Below are positions 1 to 10,271 of a DNA stretch of 64,000 bases, one piece after another. A model generated the notes under the pieces. The model made no database searches, had not been told where the DNA came from, and worked only from the letters and a program-made list of their open reading frames with translations. The stretch's first letter is position 1; each line of letters begins with the position of its first letter. The position numbers were made by a program, and so were the translations under genes. The stretch is from Candidatus Bathyarchaeota archaeon (GTDB lineage Archaea; Thermoproteota; Bathyarchaeia; Bathyarchaeales; Bathyarchaeaceae): positions 395,141 to 459,140 of the forward strand of contig CAWDYQ010000002.1 of the NCBI GenBank assembly GCA_963806645.1. Reading direction: 5' to 3'.

Positions 1-1
1 A

Positions 2-1093
2 ATAGTTGCACCCGTCCTTAGATGTTCTCCCTGCTCAAACGTCTTCATTTACGGAAAAACTGGAACAGGAAAAACAGCAGTCACCAAATATGTTTTGAAT
101 AAATTAACCTTTAAGGCAAATCAACTAGGAGCAACTATAGAAGTTTGTTACGTAAACTGTCGTCTGGCCGGTACTGAATATCGAATCCTCTCAAGCTTGT
201 GTGACGCTTTAGATGTGAAGGTTCCTTTCACGGGTTTGGCTGTCGGAGAAGTCTTTGACCGATTCAAAGACGGGTTAGACCAACAAAGAAAAATCTTCAT
301 CGTTGTCCTCGACGAAATAGATGCCCTGATAAAAGCCCGTGGAGACACTCTCCTCTACGAATTAACCAGAATCAACGAGACTCTTCGTCACGGCAGAATA
401 TCCATAATAGGAATCTCAAACGACCTCAGATTCAAAGAATTTTTGGACCCACGCGTTCTAAGTTCCTTAAGCGAAGAAGAAATAGTTTTCAGACCTTACG
501 ACGCAGCTGAACTCCAAGACATCCTCTTGAAACGTGCTCAAATAGCGTTTTTCGAAGGATCTCTGTTAGATAGCGCTGTGGCGTTGTGTGCTGCATTGGC
601 TGCTGCAGAACATGGTGACGCCCGACGCGCTTTAGACTTACTTAGAGTTGCAGGTGAACTTGCAGAACGAGAGGGTGTGAGCTGTGTTAGTGAAAAACAT
701 GTTCGCGAGGCAGAAAAACGTGTGGAACACGATCGAATTTTTGAAGTTTTAGAGAATCTTCCATTGCATTCCAAATTGGTTTTATGCAGTGTTTACTTGT
801 TGGGTAAAACAAAACTCAGCTATACTATTACTGGGGACATCTATGGAATATATTGTGAACTCTGCGATCAGTCAGGTCTATCTCCACTAACTCAAAGGCG
901 TGTAAGTGGTTTGATCAGCGAGTTAGATATGATAGGGTTGTTAAATGCACGTGTTGTTAGCATGGGTCGACATGGGAGATCAAAAAAAATTCGTTTAGGG
1001 ATAGGGCGGAGTCTTATTAGGAATGTATTTAATAATAGTGATCGATTCCGGGAACTGCTATGTTATGTTCCTAATTGTTTTGCTGGTATTTAG
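2..1093 (+). CDS. cdc6: Orc1/Cdc6 replication initiator, 5' end cut by window edge
   Basis: Frame is open from base 2 (the track starts at an internal TTG at 95). Walker A GKTGTGKT at 53-76, Walker B VVLDEID, GDARRALDLL sensor region, winged-helix-like C-terminus. Confidence 0.9.
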   Translation: MVAPVLRCSPCSNVFIYGKTGTGKTAVTKYVLNKLTFKANQLGATIEVCYVNCRLAGTEYRILSSLCDALDVKVPFTGLAVGEVFDRFKDGLDQQRKIFIVVLDEIDALIKARGDTLLYELTRINETLRHGRISIIGISNDLRFKEFLDPRVLSSLSEEEIVFRPYDAAELQDILLKRAQIAFFEGSLLDSAVALCAALAAAEHGDARRALDLLRVAGELAEREGVSCVSEKHVREAEKRVEHDRIFEVLENLPLHSKLVLCSVYLLGKTKLSYTITGDIYGIYCELCDQSGLSPLTQRRVSGLISELDMIGLLNARVVSMGRHGRSKKIRLGIGRSLIRNVFNNSDRFRELLCYVPNCFAGI

Positions 1094-1132
1094 TAAATTT
1101 AAAAAATCATATACACCTTTCTTGTTGTCTGT

Positions 1133-2674
1133 TCACCAAGGTTCCGTAAAATTTAATGTTGAAATCCTGGATGTTTGAAGATTCACTATGGGTACGATTC
1201 CTGGGGTAGGAACTAGACCCATTTTTTGTTGAAAATCTGTTTGATCTTGCCATGCTCCCGAATTCACAATTAGTGTTCCTCTATAATTATCGCATTTTAC
1301 TACATGAACATGGCCGGCGTGGAAAATATCAGGTATTCTATCTATTACCATAAAATCCCTTTTTTCTGGGGCAATTGGTGTTCTCTCTCCGTAAATAGGC
1401 GCAAGGTGCCTTCCTTGTAACATCAGCTTCATAGATTTTTCTGGGGTATCAAAACTAACGCTTGGAGCAACTGCTGCGATGTCATCTAGACTCCTTCCAT
1501 GAAATAGAAGTAATTCTACTCCGTGGAGACTGATTGTGGATGGATTTCCAAGCGAATGTATCTTATGGACTTCATATAGCGGTTCTGCATAATCATTTGG
1601 TATTGCTGGTTGTGGTAAAGCTTTTCTAGAAGAATCGTGATTGCCTGGAATAATTATTATTTCTATGTGATCAGGAACCTGCTCCAAAAGTTTTGCGGCT
1701 TCCCGGTACTGTTCAAAAATATCTGTTATTGTTAATTCTTCAAGTTGCCCCGGATATATTCCTATTCCATCAACAATATCGCCTGCTATTACTAAATATT
1801 TGATATGACCCGCAATGTCCCTGATTTTATCGTTACCTTTTTCTCCTTTTAACCAGCTTAGACATCGGTTAAACTCTTTTTCCATAAATTTTTTGCTCCC
1901 AACATGAAGATCTGACATTAGAGCTGCATAAATTGGAATTGAAGCTTTGTGGGGTGTCTTTTGTGGGATCTCGGGTAAGATGAAATCTTTAGCAATAATT
2001 AGGTCGTTATTTCCTTTTATTGCGTTTACACAAATAACTTGATCTAAGAGCAGAGAACGAGCTTTTTCAATTATTTCTTTGCTTAAATTAGGCGATACGA
2101 GTACGGTAGCGCTTGCTTCTAAGTCTTCGATCTTAACGAAGAGTCTTTCTTTAGATTCTATTTTTTCCGTTACCATCCCTATTATGTTAATCTTTGATTT
2201 GGTTCGTGCCTTTAATGCAACCGATATGGGTATGGCATTTTTTACATCCATCCTTTTTCTAAGAATCGTCTTTAACCTTTCAAACCTGTCTTGAAAATAT
2301 TCCAGATACTCTTTGATGGACCCTGTTGTGCACACTTTTTTTGTCGGATCCATAAGAATTTTCATTCCATCCTCAACATCTTTAGCGTACGGTCTAAAGG
2401 TCTTCCTGGATTCAGAAGTGGATTTTGAATCTACCTGAAAAGGCTTTTCTTTTTCAGCACAAGGTGGTTTTTTCATAGCCTCTAGAAAAACCCGATCAAT
2501 AAATAGAGGTTTTTGAGCCAAACCCCTAATTTTTCTTACAGCTTCTTCCATTAAATAGAGAGGGTCTTCTGTCTTGGCTACACCATTCAAGAATTCGAAT
2601 GCCTCTTTGTCCAGTTGAAATCCTGATGATATAGTGAAGGAAACGGCTCTCTGCAACTTTTCGCCTTCACTCAT
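1133..2674 (-). CDS. dp1: DNA polymerase D small subunit (DP1, exonuclease)
   Basis: 513 aa. Calcineurin-like phosphoesterase motifs DLHVGS, GDIVDG, GNHD and GHVH in the C-terminal half. Adjacent to cdc6, as in many PolD-bearing archaea. Confidence 0.85.
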   Translation of the reverse strand: MSEGEKLQRAVSFTISSGFQLDKEAFEFLNGVAKTEDPLYLMEEAVRKIRGLAQKPLFIDRVFLEAMKKPPCAEKEKPFQVDSKSTSESRKTFRPYAKDVEDGMKILMDPTKKVCTTGSIKEYLEYFQDRFERLKTILRKRMDVKNAIPISVALKARTKSKINIIGMVTEKIESKERLFVKIEDLEASATVLVSPNLSKEIIEKARSLLLDQVICVNAIKGNNDLIIAKDFILPEIPQKTPHKASIPIYAALMSDLHVGSKKFMEKEFNRCLSWLKGEKGNDKIRDIAGHIKYLVIAGDIVDGIGIYPGQLEELTITDIFEQYREAAKLLEQVPDHIEIIIIPGNHDSSRKALPQPAIPNDYAEPLYEVHKIHSLGNPSTISLHGVELLLFHGRSLDDIAAVAPSVSFDTPEKSMKLMLQGRHLAPIYGERTPIAPEKRDFMVIDRIPDIFHAGHVHVVKCDNYRGTLIVNSGAWQDQTDFQQKMGLVPTPGIVPIVNLQTSRISTLNFTEPW

Positions 2675-3097
2675 AACTGGTGCCTCTTTTAATTCCCATT
2701 AATAAAAAGATAGTATGCGTTTCGTATCCTATTAATTCTGTTCTTGTGCGCGCGCTGGTTCAAAAATTGAAGAGTGTTCTTTCAGATATTATTCTTAATC
2801 TTCAGAAGTTAGTCTACGCTTCTAACGAAAATGCTATGACCACTGTGTTTTCTCATGACGTTTCTGTTGCAGAAACAGTGAGTTCTGAAAGAGAAAATAT
2901 TGAGGCTCTATTTCATGAATTGAAACCATTATTCTTGTCCTACCAACGGATGTGTGACCATATCTTCTCGCCGTTACCTCTTCACTGAATCGTATTTACG
3001 AAAACAGCCTAGATCTAGCTGATCTTGAATCCCAAAACTTCCATAATACGTTTAAATTGTAACGGTACTAGAACTTATTGGTAAGTAGTGTAAAAGA

Positions 3098-4006
3098 ATG
3101 GAAGACTCGGACTTAATTGAACGAATAAATGAATTAAAAGAAAAGAAAAATGCTGTTATTCTTGTTCACAATTATCAGCGACCAGAAATATACAAAGTAG
3201 CAGATTATATCGGCGATTCCTACGGTTTAAGTAAAAAAGCTACACAGACAAAGGCTGACATAATCGTTTTCTGCGGAGTTGACTTTATGGCTGAATCTGC
3301 CTATATTTTGAATCCCACAAAAACTGTACTGATTCCAACTAAGATGGCGAAATGTCCGATGGCTGCTATGGTTGATGTTGAAGGTTTAAGAGAATTGAAA
3401 GCAAAGCACTCTAAAGCTGCCGTTGTAAGTTATGTAAATACAACCGCTGAGGTTAAGGCTGAATCAGACATTTGTTGCACTAGCTCTAACGCGGTAAAAG
3501 TGGTAAATTCATTAGAGGAAAATGAGGTCATCTTCGTACCAGATTCCAACTTGGCAAACTATGTGATGCGACATACTAGCAAAAAAATAATTCTCTGGAA
3601 CGGATGGTGTTATGTTCACAAAAAATTTTCTCCAGAAGGTCTTAGACACGCAAAAACTTTACATATAGATGCAAAAGTTCTAGTTCATCCTGAATGCATA
3701 CCGGAAGTTGTGGATTTAGCTGACGAGATTTGCAGTACAACTGGTATGATCAACTTCATAAAGCAAAGCCAAGATAAAAAGTTCATAATCGCCACTGAGA
3801 TTGGAATGCTTGAACGATTAAAGCGCATGTTCCCAGAAAAGGTCTTTTTTCAAGCACCACCTGGAGGAACCTGTATTCAGATGAAAAAAATTACTTTACC
3901 GCTTGTTTTAGAGGCTCTGGAGAAGGAGCAATTTAAAGTAACGGTTCCAGAAGATATTAGGGTCCGGGCTAAAAATGCTTTGGATAGAATGCTGAATGTG
4001 GTTTGA
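3098..4006 (+). CDS. nadA: quinolinate synthase NadA
   Basis: 302 aa with the NadA-like pattern (ILVHNYQ, VSYVNT, VHPEC). Heads a nadA-nadC-nadB run with overlapping stop/start codons. Confidence 0.85.
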   Translation: MEDSDLIERINELKEKKNAVILVHNYQRPEIYKVADYIGDSYGLSKKATQTKADIIVFCGVDFMAESAYILNPTKTVLIPTKMAKCPMAAMVDVEGLRELKAKHSKAAVVSYVNTTAEVKAESDICCTSSNAVKVVNSLEENEVIFVPDSNLANYVMRHTSKKIILWNGWCYVHKKFSPEGLRHAKTLHIDAKVLVHPECIPEVVDLADEICSTTGMINFIKQSQDKKFIIATEIGMLERLKRMFPEKVFFQAPPGGTCIQMKKITLPLVLEALEKEQFKVTVPEDIRVRAKNALDRMLNVV

Positions 4007-4953
4007 CATCTTGGACCGTCAAAAAATTGTTGAAATCGCCTACCAGAAAGGGAAAGAACTTAATCTAAACAATAAAACCTATCTTGAATGGCTGAACTCT
4101 TTTTTTTCGAAAGAATATAGTGACGACGTTGGAGCCGGTGATATAACTAGTAAAGCGATTCTAAAAAAAAATGAGCGCAGAATTGCCTTCTTGAATGTAA
4201 AAACTTCAGGGGTCATCGCTGGAGTCGAGGAAGTAAGCTATTTTCTCAAAAAACATCACCTAAATGTAAAGACTTATCAAAAAGATGGCGAAGAGGCTCT
4301 CAAGGGAAAAACCGTTCTGGAGATAAAAGGAAAACAAAAAGATATTCTGGCAACAGAAAGAATCGCCTCTAAATGTTTTGCAGAGAATGTCAGGAATAGC
4401 CACAGAAACAAAAAACTTAACTGAGTTGCTGAAAGGTCATAACACTCGAGTTACTGCAACCAGAAAAACACTTTTGAGGTATCTAGACAAGAAAGCAGTC
4501 TTCTTGGGTGGAGGTTTGACTCACCGTTTTGGGCTCTGGGATTCCATATTGATAAAAGACAATCACCTTGAAACCCTAAAAAGTGAAGGAATACCCGACT
4601 ACATCGAGAAAGCAATAACTAGGGCTTCAGCTTTTGCAGAAAAGGTGGGGTTCATAGAAATTGAAGTAAACTCACACGAAGAGGCTCTAAGGGCCACAAG
4701 AAAATTCAAAATTTTGAGGTTGAAGACGCCCTGTGTGGTTATGCTTGATAATATGGCACCTACTCAAATAGAACAGACAGTTGAGACTCTTCGTGAGGAA
4801 TCCCTCTATGACCATGTTCTTTTTGAGGCATCGGGCGAAATAACTCCCAAGAACATACTAGATTACGCTAAAAGTGGGATCGATGTTGCATCTTTGGGGT
4901 ATCTAACACATTCTGCCCATGTCTTAGATATGAACTTGGAGATGAAGATTTGA
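3996..4953 (+). pseudogene. nadC: nicotinate-nucleotide pyrophosphorylase NadC, reading frame broken once
   Basis: ORFs 3996-4424 and 4378-4953 together make one NadC. The conserved block TERIA|LNVLQRMSGIATETK is split between frames at about 4365-4370. Confidence 0.8.
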
Positions 4954-6512
4954 AAACGGATTTCCTTGTTATCGGAAGTGGCATAGCCGGATTGAATTTC
5001 GCATTAAAGGTTGCTAAGTACGGACATGTAAAAATCGTAACAAAAAAGGAGATCATGGAGTCAAATACGAACCTCGCTCAAGGTGGAATCGCAGCCGTAA
5101 CCAGAAAAGATGATTCAATTCATTTACACATTGAGGACACGTTAAAAGTTGGTTCGGGATTATCCAAAAAACGAATGGTAAAAATCCTTGCTAAACAGGG
5201 TCCAGAAGCAATTCGAAACCTGCTTTCTTTTGGGGTAACATTCGACAAAGAACACGACCAGCTTCATTTGACTACTGAGGGTGGACATAGTATGGCACGT
5301 GTTCTACACTCAGGGGATTCTACTGGAAAAGAAATTGAACAGGCAATGACTGAAAGTGTTCGAGAAAACAAGAATATTGAAGTTTTCGAGAACTGTTTTG
5401 CTATCGACCTAATAATAAAAAACAAAGAATGCATTGGCGCAAATATACTTGATATCAAAAAACGTGAGATCTACGATATTTTTGCCAGAGTAACCGTATT
5501 GGCTACCGGTGGTGTGGGCTATATTTATCTGAATACCACAAACCCAGAAATTGCTACAGGGGATGGAATTGCCATGGCTTTTAGAGCTGGTGCTAAAATT
5601 GAGGATATGGAATTTGTGCAGTTTCATCCTACCACATTAAACAAGCTTGGCGCACCACACTTTTTGATATCGGAGGCCCTTCGCGGTGAAGGGGCAATTC
5701 TTGTTAATGCTGCGGGGAAACGTTTCATGTTGGATTACGATAGCATGGGAGATCTTGCTCCTCGAGATATTATTTCTAGAACAATATTTAATGAACTGAA
5801 GAGGGAGACCGTCTATTTGGATATTCGTAATAAAGGAAAACGCTTTATTTTGGATCGTTTTCCGATGATTTATCAAGAATGTCTGAAATATGATGTAGAT
5901 CTTACCAAAGACTTGATACCAGTGTCTCCTGCTGCCCATTATATCTGCGGAGGTATCAAAACAAACGAATACGGAGAAACCACGCTCGCTAACCTCTTAG
6001 CTTTTGGCGAATGCACCTGTACTGGAGTTCACGGGGCTAATCGGTTAGCAAGTAATTCTTTGCTAGAATCTGTTGTTTTTTCATCTTTAGGAGCACAACA
6101 AGCAAAAAAATACATTACAAACAAGATTGATTCATTGTCACAACAAAAAAAACCTGTTCTTTCTAACATAGAAACTCAAGAACTCAAATACCTTAAAGTA
6201 GAATTAAGAAAAGCAATGTGGGACTACGTTGGAATAATCCGTAACAAAGAACAAATGGATTTAATGCTTAGAAAACTGGAACATATAGAATCTAGATTAT
6301 GTGCTATTGGCAGAAAAGGTGTAAATACAAGATTTCTTGAAATAAAAAATATGGTAACAATAGCTAACCTGGTAACGACCGCTGCACAGACGAGAAAAGA
6401 AAGTCGAGGAACCCACTATAGAGCCGACTATCCAGCTACCAACGACACAAACTGGTTAAAACACATCTGCCTTCAACAGAAAGAAGAAAAACTTCACGTA
6501 TCCTTTACCTAA
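4950..6512 (+). CDS. nadB: L-aspartate oxidase NadB
   Basis: 520 aa flavoprotein. N-terminal GSGIAGL FAD motif, RGEG, HGANRLASNSL. Overlaps the nadC stop. Confidence 0.9.
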   Translation: MKTDFLVIGSGIAGLNFALKVAKYGHVKIVTKKEIMESNTNLAQGGIAAVTRKDDSIHLHIEDTLKVGSGLSKKRMVKILAKQGPEAIRNLLSFGVTFDKEHDQLHLTTEGGHSMARVLHSGDSTGKEIEQAMTESVRENKNIEVFENCFAIDLIIKNKECIGANILDIKKREIYDIFARVTVLATGGVGYIYLNTTNPEIATGDGIAMAFRAGAKIEDMEFVQFHPTTLNKLGAPHFLISEALRGEGAILVNAAGKRFMLDYDSMGDLAPRDIISRTIFNELKRETVYLDIRNKGKRFILDRFPMIYQECLKYDVDLTKDLIPVSPAAHYICGGIKTNEYGETTLANLLAFGECTCTGVHGANRLASNSLLESVVFSSLGAQQAKKYITNKIDSLSQQKKPVLSNIETQELKYLKVELRKAMWDYVGIIRNKEQMDLMLRKLEHIESRLCAIGRKGVNTRFLEIKNMVTIANLVTTAAQTRKESRGTHYRADYPATNDTNWLKHICLQQKEEKLHVSFT

Positions 6513-6573
6513 AAACATCACCGTTTTTAGGCGAAAGCGCTTTTAAGTGGCAATAAAGTCTACACTTTTGGTT

Positions 6574-6684
6574 GCCGGGGTGACAGAGCGGTAATGTGCC
6601 GGTCTCGAAATGACTCAACTGTACGTCAGAAGACAACCGGTGGTGCTTGGCGCCACATGGGTTCAAATCCCATCCCCGGCGCCA
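6574..6684 (+). tRNA. tRNA-Ser(CGA) with canonical 37/38 intron and encoded CCA
   Basis: Acceptor GCCGGGG/CCCCGGC, discriminator G plus CCA. Anticodon stem CCGGT/ACCGG, loop CUCGAA..A with CGA at 6606-6608. About 25-nt insert at 6610-6634. Long variable arm GTGGTGC/GCGCCAC. T arm ATGGG-TTCAAAT-CCCAT. Confidence 0.85.
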
Positions 6685-6700
6685 TTTTAATGCTAAATGT

Positions 6701-7222
6701 TCATAGACGCATTTTTTTCTTTGGTTTCCGCTTAAGTTCGGTTCCGCAGACTTCGCAAACTTTGGATTTGTAGTCTGAAGGATATTTTCTATAGCAAGCG
6801 GGACAATATAATATCCATTTAAAACGAAATTTTATTCCGAAAGTCATCAAAGAGGTGAATTCTACACCGATTTTATTAGCTACATTCTGTATTGAATAAT
6901 CGTCTGTGACAATCAATGGAGTTAAACCACTATACTTAAGTTCCAAAGCCAAAGCTAGAACTTGCTTGTCTGCTTCTGACAGATAACGCATGTCCCCGAC
7001 TTTTTTGGAGGCTTCTAGAATTTCTTGAAAGAAGGAATCTTTAGGTCTCATAATCGATACCTTTCCATTATCTACCGCTGCGTCGAAACGGATCCACTGC
7101 ATGGACCCTGAGTTAAGTTCATTTTTAACTTCGGGAACAGTATATTGATTCTCTGGAATTGCCATTGGGTCAAACCCTGCAATAAACGCTGAAGTATCCA
7201 AAACTATCGTTTTTCTTTTCAA
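6701..7222 (-). CDS. nob1: Nob1-like endonuclease (PIN domain + C-terminal zinc ribbon)
   Basis: 173 aa. N-terminal VLDTSAFI PIN start, VTDDYSIQN, C-terminal CPACx(16)CEVCG ribbon. Confidence 0.7.
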   Translation of the reverse strand: MKRKTIVLDTSAFIAGFDPMAIPENQYTVPEVKNELNSGSMQWIRFDAAVDNGKVSIMRPKDSFFQEILEASKKVGDMRYLSEADKQVLALALELKYSGLTPLIVTDDYSIQNVANKIGVEFTSLMTFGIKFRFKWILYCPACYRKYPSDYKSKVCEVCGTELKRKPKKKMRL

Positions 7223-7468
7223 ACTTTAACCCTTCTATTCTCCCCAATAGGCTCTTCGTAAATGTCTAAATCTTAATCTTCCCAGAATTTTCGTTATTAA
7301 AAGGTTCTGTTTTCCAAGAAAGTCCCATCTTAGGTATCATCAACTATGAAGCTGTGATACTTGCTATTTTACATTACTAAGCATTCTGATTGATCAAAGA
7401 TATATTATAGGCGATAGATTATTAACCAAGAATTGCGTGAAATTCTTCTAACAGGAGAACTGGAATAC

Positions 7469-7864
7469 ATGAGCAAACCCTCGGATGTGGGCTCCCTTCG
7501 TGTCGGCAGCTACATAATCATCGACGATGCCCCCTGCAAAATAGTGAGCTACAGCAAATCGAAACCCGGAAAACATGGCGCCGCCAAGGCTCGGATTGTA
7601 GCTATAAGCGTTTTTGACGAAACCAAAAAAACAATAGTAAAACCAGTTAGTGCACAGGTTGACGTTCCCCTCATAGAGAAAAAAACCGGCCAAGTTATTG
7701 CTTTACTTCCCTCAGTTGTCCAGTTAATGGACTTGGAAACCTACGAAATGACTGAATCCCCTTATCCCGAGGATGAGGATCTAAAAAATAAATTAGCTTC
7801 TGGCGTTGAAGTTGAATACTGGCAAATTCTGGGTAGAACAAGAATAACCCGAACAAAAGGTTAA
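7469..7864 (+). CDS. eif5a: translation initiation factor aIF5A
   Basis: ATG at 7469 (the track begins at an upstream alternative codon). Hypusine loop SKPGKHGAAKAR. Followed by deoxyhypusine synthase. Confidence 0.9.
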   Translation: MSKPSDVGSLRVGSYIIIDDAPCKIVSYSKSKPGKHGAAKARIVAISVFDETKKTIVKPVSAQVDVPLIEKKTGQVIALLPSVVQLMDLETYEMTESPYPEDEDLKNKLASGVEVEYWQILGRTRITRTKG

Positions 7865-7956
7865 ATTCTTTATTAGATCAGGACTTTTCTACTTTCTGTA
7901 ATTACCTTTTTAAAACGTTAACTGTAATTCTGTAGTTGTAACTGTGGCGGTAAGAA

Positions 7957-8892
7957 TTGAAGCGCGTAAAACATATTCGATTGAATGATTGTTTAACAGT
8001 GGGTAATTTGGTTTCTGAAATGAAGGCTTGTGGCGTGCTTGGCGCGGGAAACATTGGTAGGGCAGCCGAAATTGTAACCGAGATGTTTCGTGAAAAAGAT
8101 TATACCGTATTTCTTACCCTAGCTGGCCCTCTGGTTCCTGGTGGACTGAAGCATATAATTAGAGACCTTATAGAACAAGAATACGTAAACGCAGTTGTGA
8201 CCACAGGTGCTAACATGGTACATGATATGGTCGAAGCTCTTGGGTTCCGTCACTGGATAGGCACTTTCCTTGCTCAAGACGAAGAATTAAAAGACAAAGA
8301 AATTGGACGGATAGGAGACATTTACATTGAACAGAATGCCTTCAAAGGATTAGAAGAATGGATGTACGAAATCTTGGAAAGTATACCTGAATCAAAGAGG
8401 GACCGCATATCCACGACTGAGCTTCTTTTTGAGATAGGTAAAAGAATTTCCGACCCAGAATCCATCCTTGCCACCGCTGCAAAGAAAGGGGTTCCGATCA
8501 TAAGTCCCGGTTTAGTGGATTCCATAGCCGGATTTCACATGTGGCTGTATAGTCAAGACAAAAAATTGAGGATAGATCCTCTCCTCGACACACACACTAT
8601 TGTGGACATTGTTTATGAATCTAAAAAAGTTGGAATGATAATCTTGGGTGGTGGTTGGCCTAAACACTATGCCCTCTTTGCCAACACCTTTAGAGAAGGT
8701 GTAGACCGTGCAATACAGATTACCATGGACCGCCCAGAACCTGGAGGTTTAAGTGGTGCTACATTGAAAGAAGCGGTTAGTTGGGGAAAAGTGAAACCCG
8801 AAGGAAAAGAGGTTACCGTTATCTGCGATGCTACAATCGCCTTCCCCTTGATTGTTGCTTCGGCATTGGAAGCCATCGGAAAGACTCGTTAG
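7957..8892 (+). CDS. dys: deoxyhypusine synthase
   Basis: 311 aa. DHS-like blocks LAGPLVPGGL, VTTGANMVHD, ILGGGWPKHY. Genomic pairing with aIF5A. Confidence 0.85.
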   Translation: MKRVKHIRLNDCLTVGNLVSEMKACGVLGAGNIGRAAEIVTEMFREKDYTVFLTLAGPLVPGGLKHIIRDLIEQEYVNAVVTTGANMVHDMVEALGFRHWIGTFLAQDEELKDKEIGRIGDIYIEQNAFKGLEEWMYEILESIPESKRDRISTTELLFEIGKRISDPESILATAAKKGVPIISPGLVDSIAGFHMWLYSQDKKLRIDPLLDTHTIVDIVYESKKVGMIILGGGWPKHYALFANTFREGVDRAIQITMDRPEPGGLSGATLKEAVSWGKVKPEGKEVTVICDATIAFPLIVASALEAIGKTR

Positions 8893-8971
8893 CAAACAAA
8901 CTTGCCGACTTATTATATAGACGTGGCGTGATTTGGGAAGAGACCAGATCCTTAGCGGAAACTTCAACGGG

Positions 8972-9415
8972 TTATTCAATTTCATGTATGTTTTTTCTTG
9001 GAAATCGTACTTCCAGTATACCTTCTTTGTATGAGATTTTCATTTTTTCCGAATCAATACCTACATGTACACGACCTTGACAATGTAATGAAGAAAATTC
9101 CCCATTTCTATGACAAATACCTAAATCAGAGAAACTCACTTTCTTTTTCATTTTTGCTATAATCTCGATTCGGTTCTCATTTAATACTTCAACCTTCACT
9201 GTTTCAAGTTCGACATTTGGAAGATCAGCTGTTACAATGACTTCTCTTGGTGTTATGAAGACGTTTGAAAGCGCATTGAGACAACAGGTTTCTGTGTTCC
9301 AGCTGGGGCCTTCAGGGAAAGCTGTTGCCATAAGTTCGTTCGCCAAGGCCTCTATTTCTTTCAGATATTCCTCCATCGAGTCAAAAGTTGATAGTTTTTT
9401 TTGTTTTTCGGACAT
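8972..9415 (-). CDS. small heat-shock protein, Hsp20/alpha-crystallin family
   Basis: Start taken at MSEKQ (9415), preceded by a GGGGGAAAG SD-like run. Alpha-crystallin-like C-terminal half (VIVTADLPNV...GILEVRFP). Confidence 0.7.
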   Translation of the reverse strand: MSEKQKKLSTFDSMEEYLKEIEALANELMATAFPEGPSWNTETCCLNALSNVFITPREVIVTADLPNVELETVKVEVLNENRIEIIAKMKKKVSFSDLGICHRNGEFSSLHCQGRVHVGIDSEKMKISYKEGILEVRFPRKNIHEIE

Positions 9416-9428
9416 TGACTCTTTCCCC

Positions 9429-10172
9429 CTAAACGTATAATGGGAGATCATACTCCTGAGACTTCTGCATGCGATTCATTTCCTGTTGGGTGCGTTTCAT
9501 TATATCCCTAGCTTTTAATCGAATTTCTTCCCCTCTCTCAAGAAGTTTAGTGACGTCGACCTTAATATCAGAAATTTTTGAGAGTTCTTTCAAAGCTATA
9601 GCCGCTGCCTGTGGGTCAGGATAATTGTAAAACGATTGAGCTAAGATTGCTATAGCTGAGACATTTTTGCTTACACTGTACCTCATACTAAGCGCTTGGG
9701 CGCCAACTATGTAGCCTTCATTCATGGTTTTTAATCCGCTTTTCTTTAACATATCAAGCAATTTCTGGTTGGAAGCGGCACCAAAAACTTCAGGTTCGTT
9801 GATAGTCTGCCTGTTTTCGAGCGGGATTCCCCCCATAGAAACTATTCTTTTAACTTTCTTTTCTTTACCCCAGTTAACGATTTCCCACATTATTTTATAA
9901 ATCGCCGGCGCAGGAACCGCCAACTCTGAAATTACGGCAATCAAATTTTGGTTTCCATAGATTCGAAGCGGCGCATGGGGTAGTCCATTATGTAAGACTA
10001 CCACTGGAGGAAGTAGATCCGATTCCATGTATGCTATCTCTTCCAGGTTGAGTTCAGATATAATGTACGATGTTGCTATGAGGCCTACGAGTCCCACATC
10101 AGGGAGTCCAATTATCATCGTGGCTTCAGGTGGTACAGTCTTTTTTTCAATGATTTTAATCGATTCTGACAA
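9429..10172 (-). CDS. PAC2-family proteasome assembly chaperone-like protein
   Basis: 247 aa. N-terminal IIGLPDVGLVG pattern typical of the archaeal PAC2/ATP-grasp-like family. Call made from memory of the family pattern. Confidence 0.6.
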   Translation of the reverse strand: MSESIKIIEKKTVPPEATMIIGLPDVGLVGLIATSYIISELNLEEIAYMESDLLPPVVVLHNGLPHAPLRIYGNQNLIAVISELAVPAPAIYKIMWEIVNWGKEKKVKRIVSMGGIPLENRQTINEPEVFGAASNQKLLDMLKKSGLKTMNEGYIVGAQALSMRYSVSKNVSAIAILAQSFYNYPDPQAAAIALKELSKISDIKVDVTKLLERGEEIRLKARDIMKRTQQEMNRMQKSQEYDLPLYV

Positions 10173-10271
10173 GAGTTATTCCCCCATTAATTACAGTTAT
10201 CTAAAAGAAAAGAATTATGCTAAAGCTAAATACCTATAAAAGGGAACTCTATTTTTAAGTGGGAGAACAAA

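Noticed and set aside
2860-2876. Perfect palindrome GTTTCTG-TTG-CAGAAAC in the 420-bp dp1/nadA spacer. Considered as an origin-recognition-box-like element because cdc6 and polD are adjacent.
   Set aside because: Only a single copy, with no flanking repeated ORB-like elements or AT-rich unwinding stretch that I could see. Resemblance to the TTCCAGTGGAAAC-type consensus is weak. The region upstream of cdc6, where origins usually lie, is outside the window.
2680-2988. 102-aa plus-strand ORF in the dp1/nadA spacer.
   Set aside because: Non-ATG start, no SD, no recognisable motif, and composition like non-coding spacer. Not reported as a gene.
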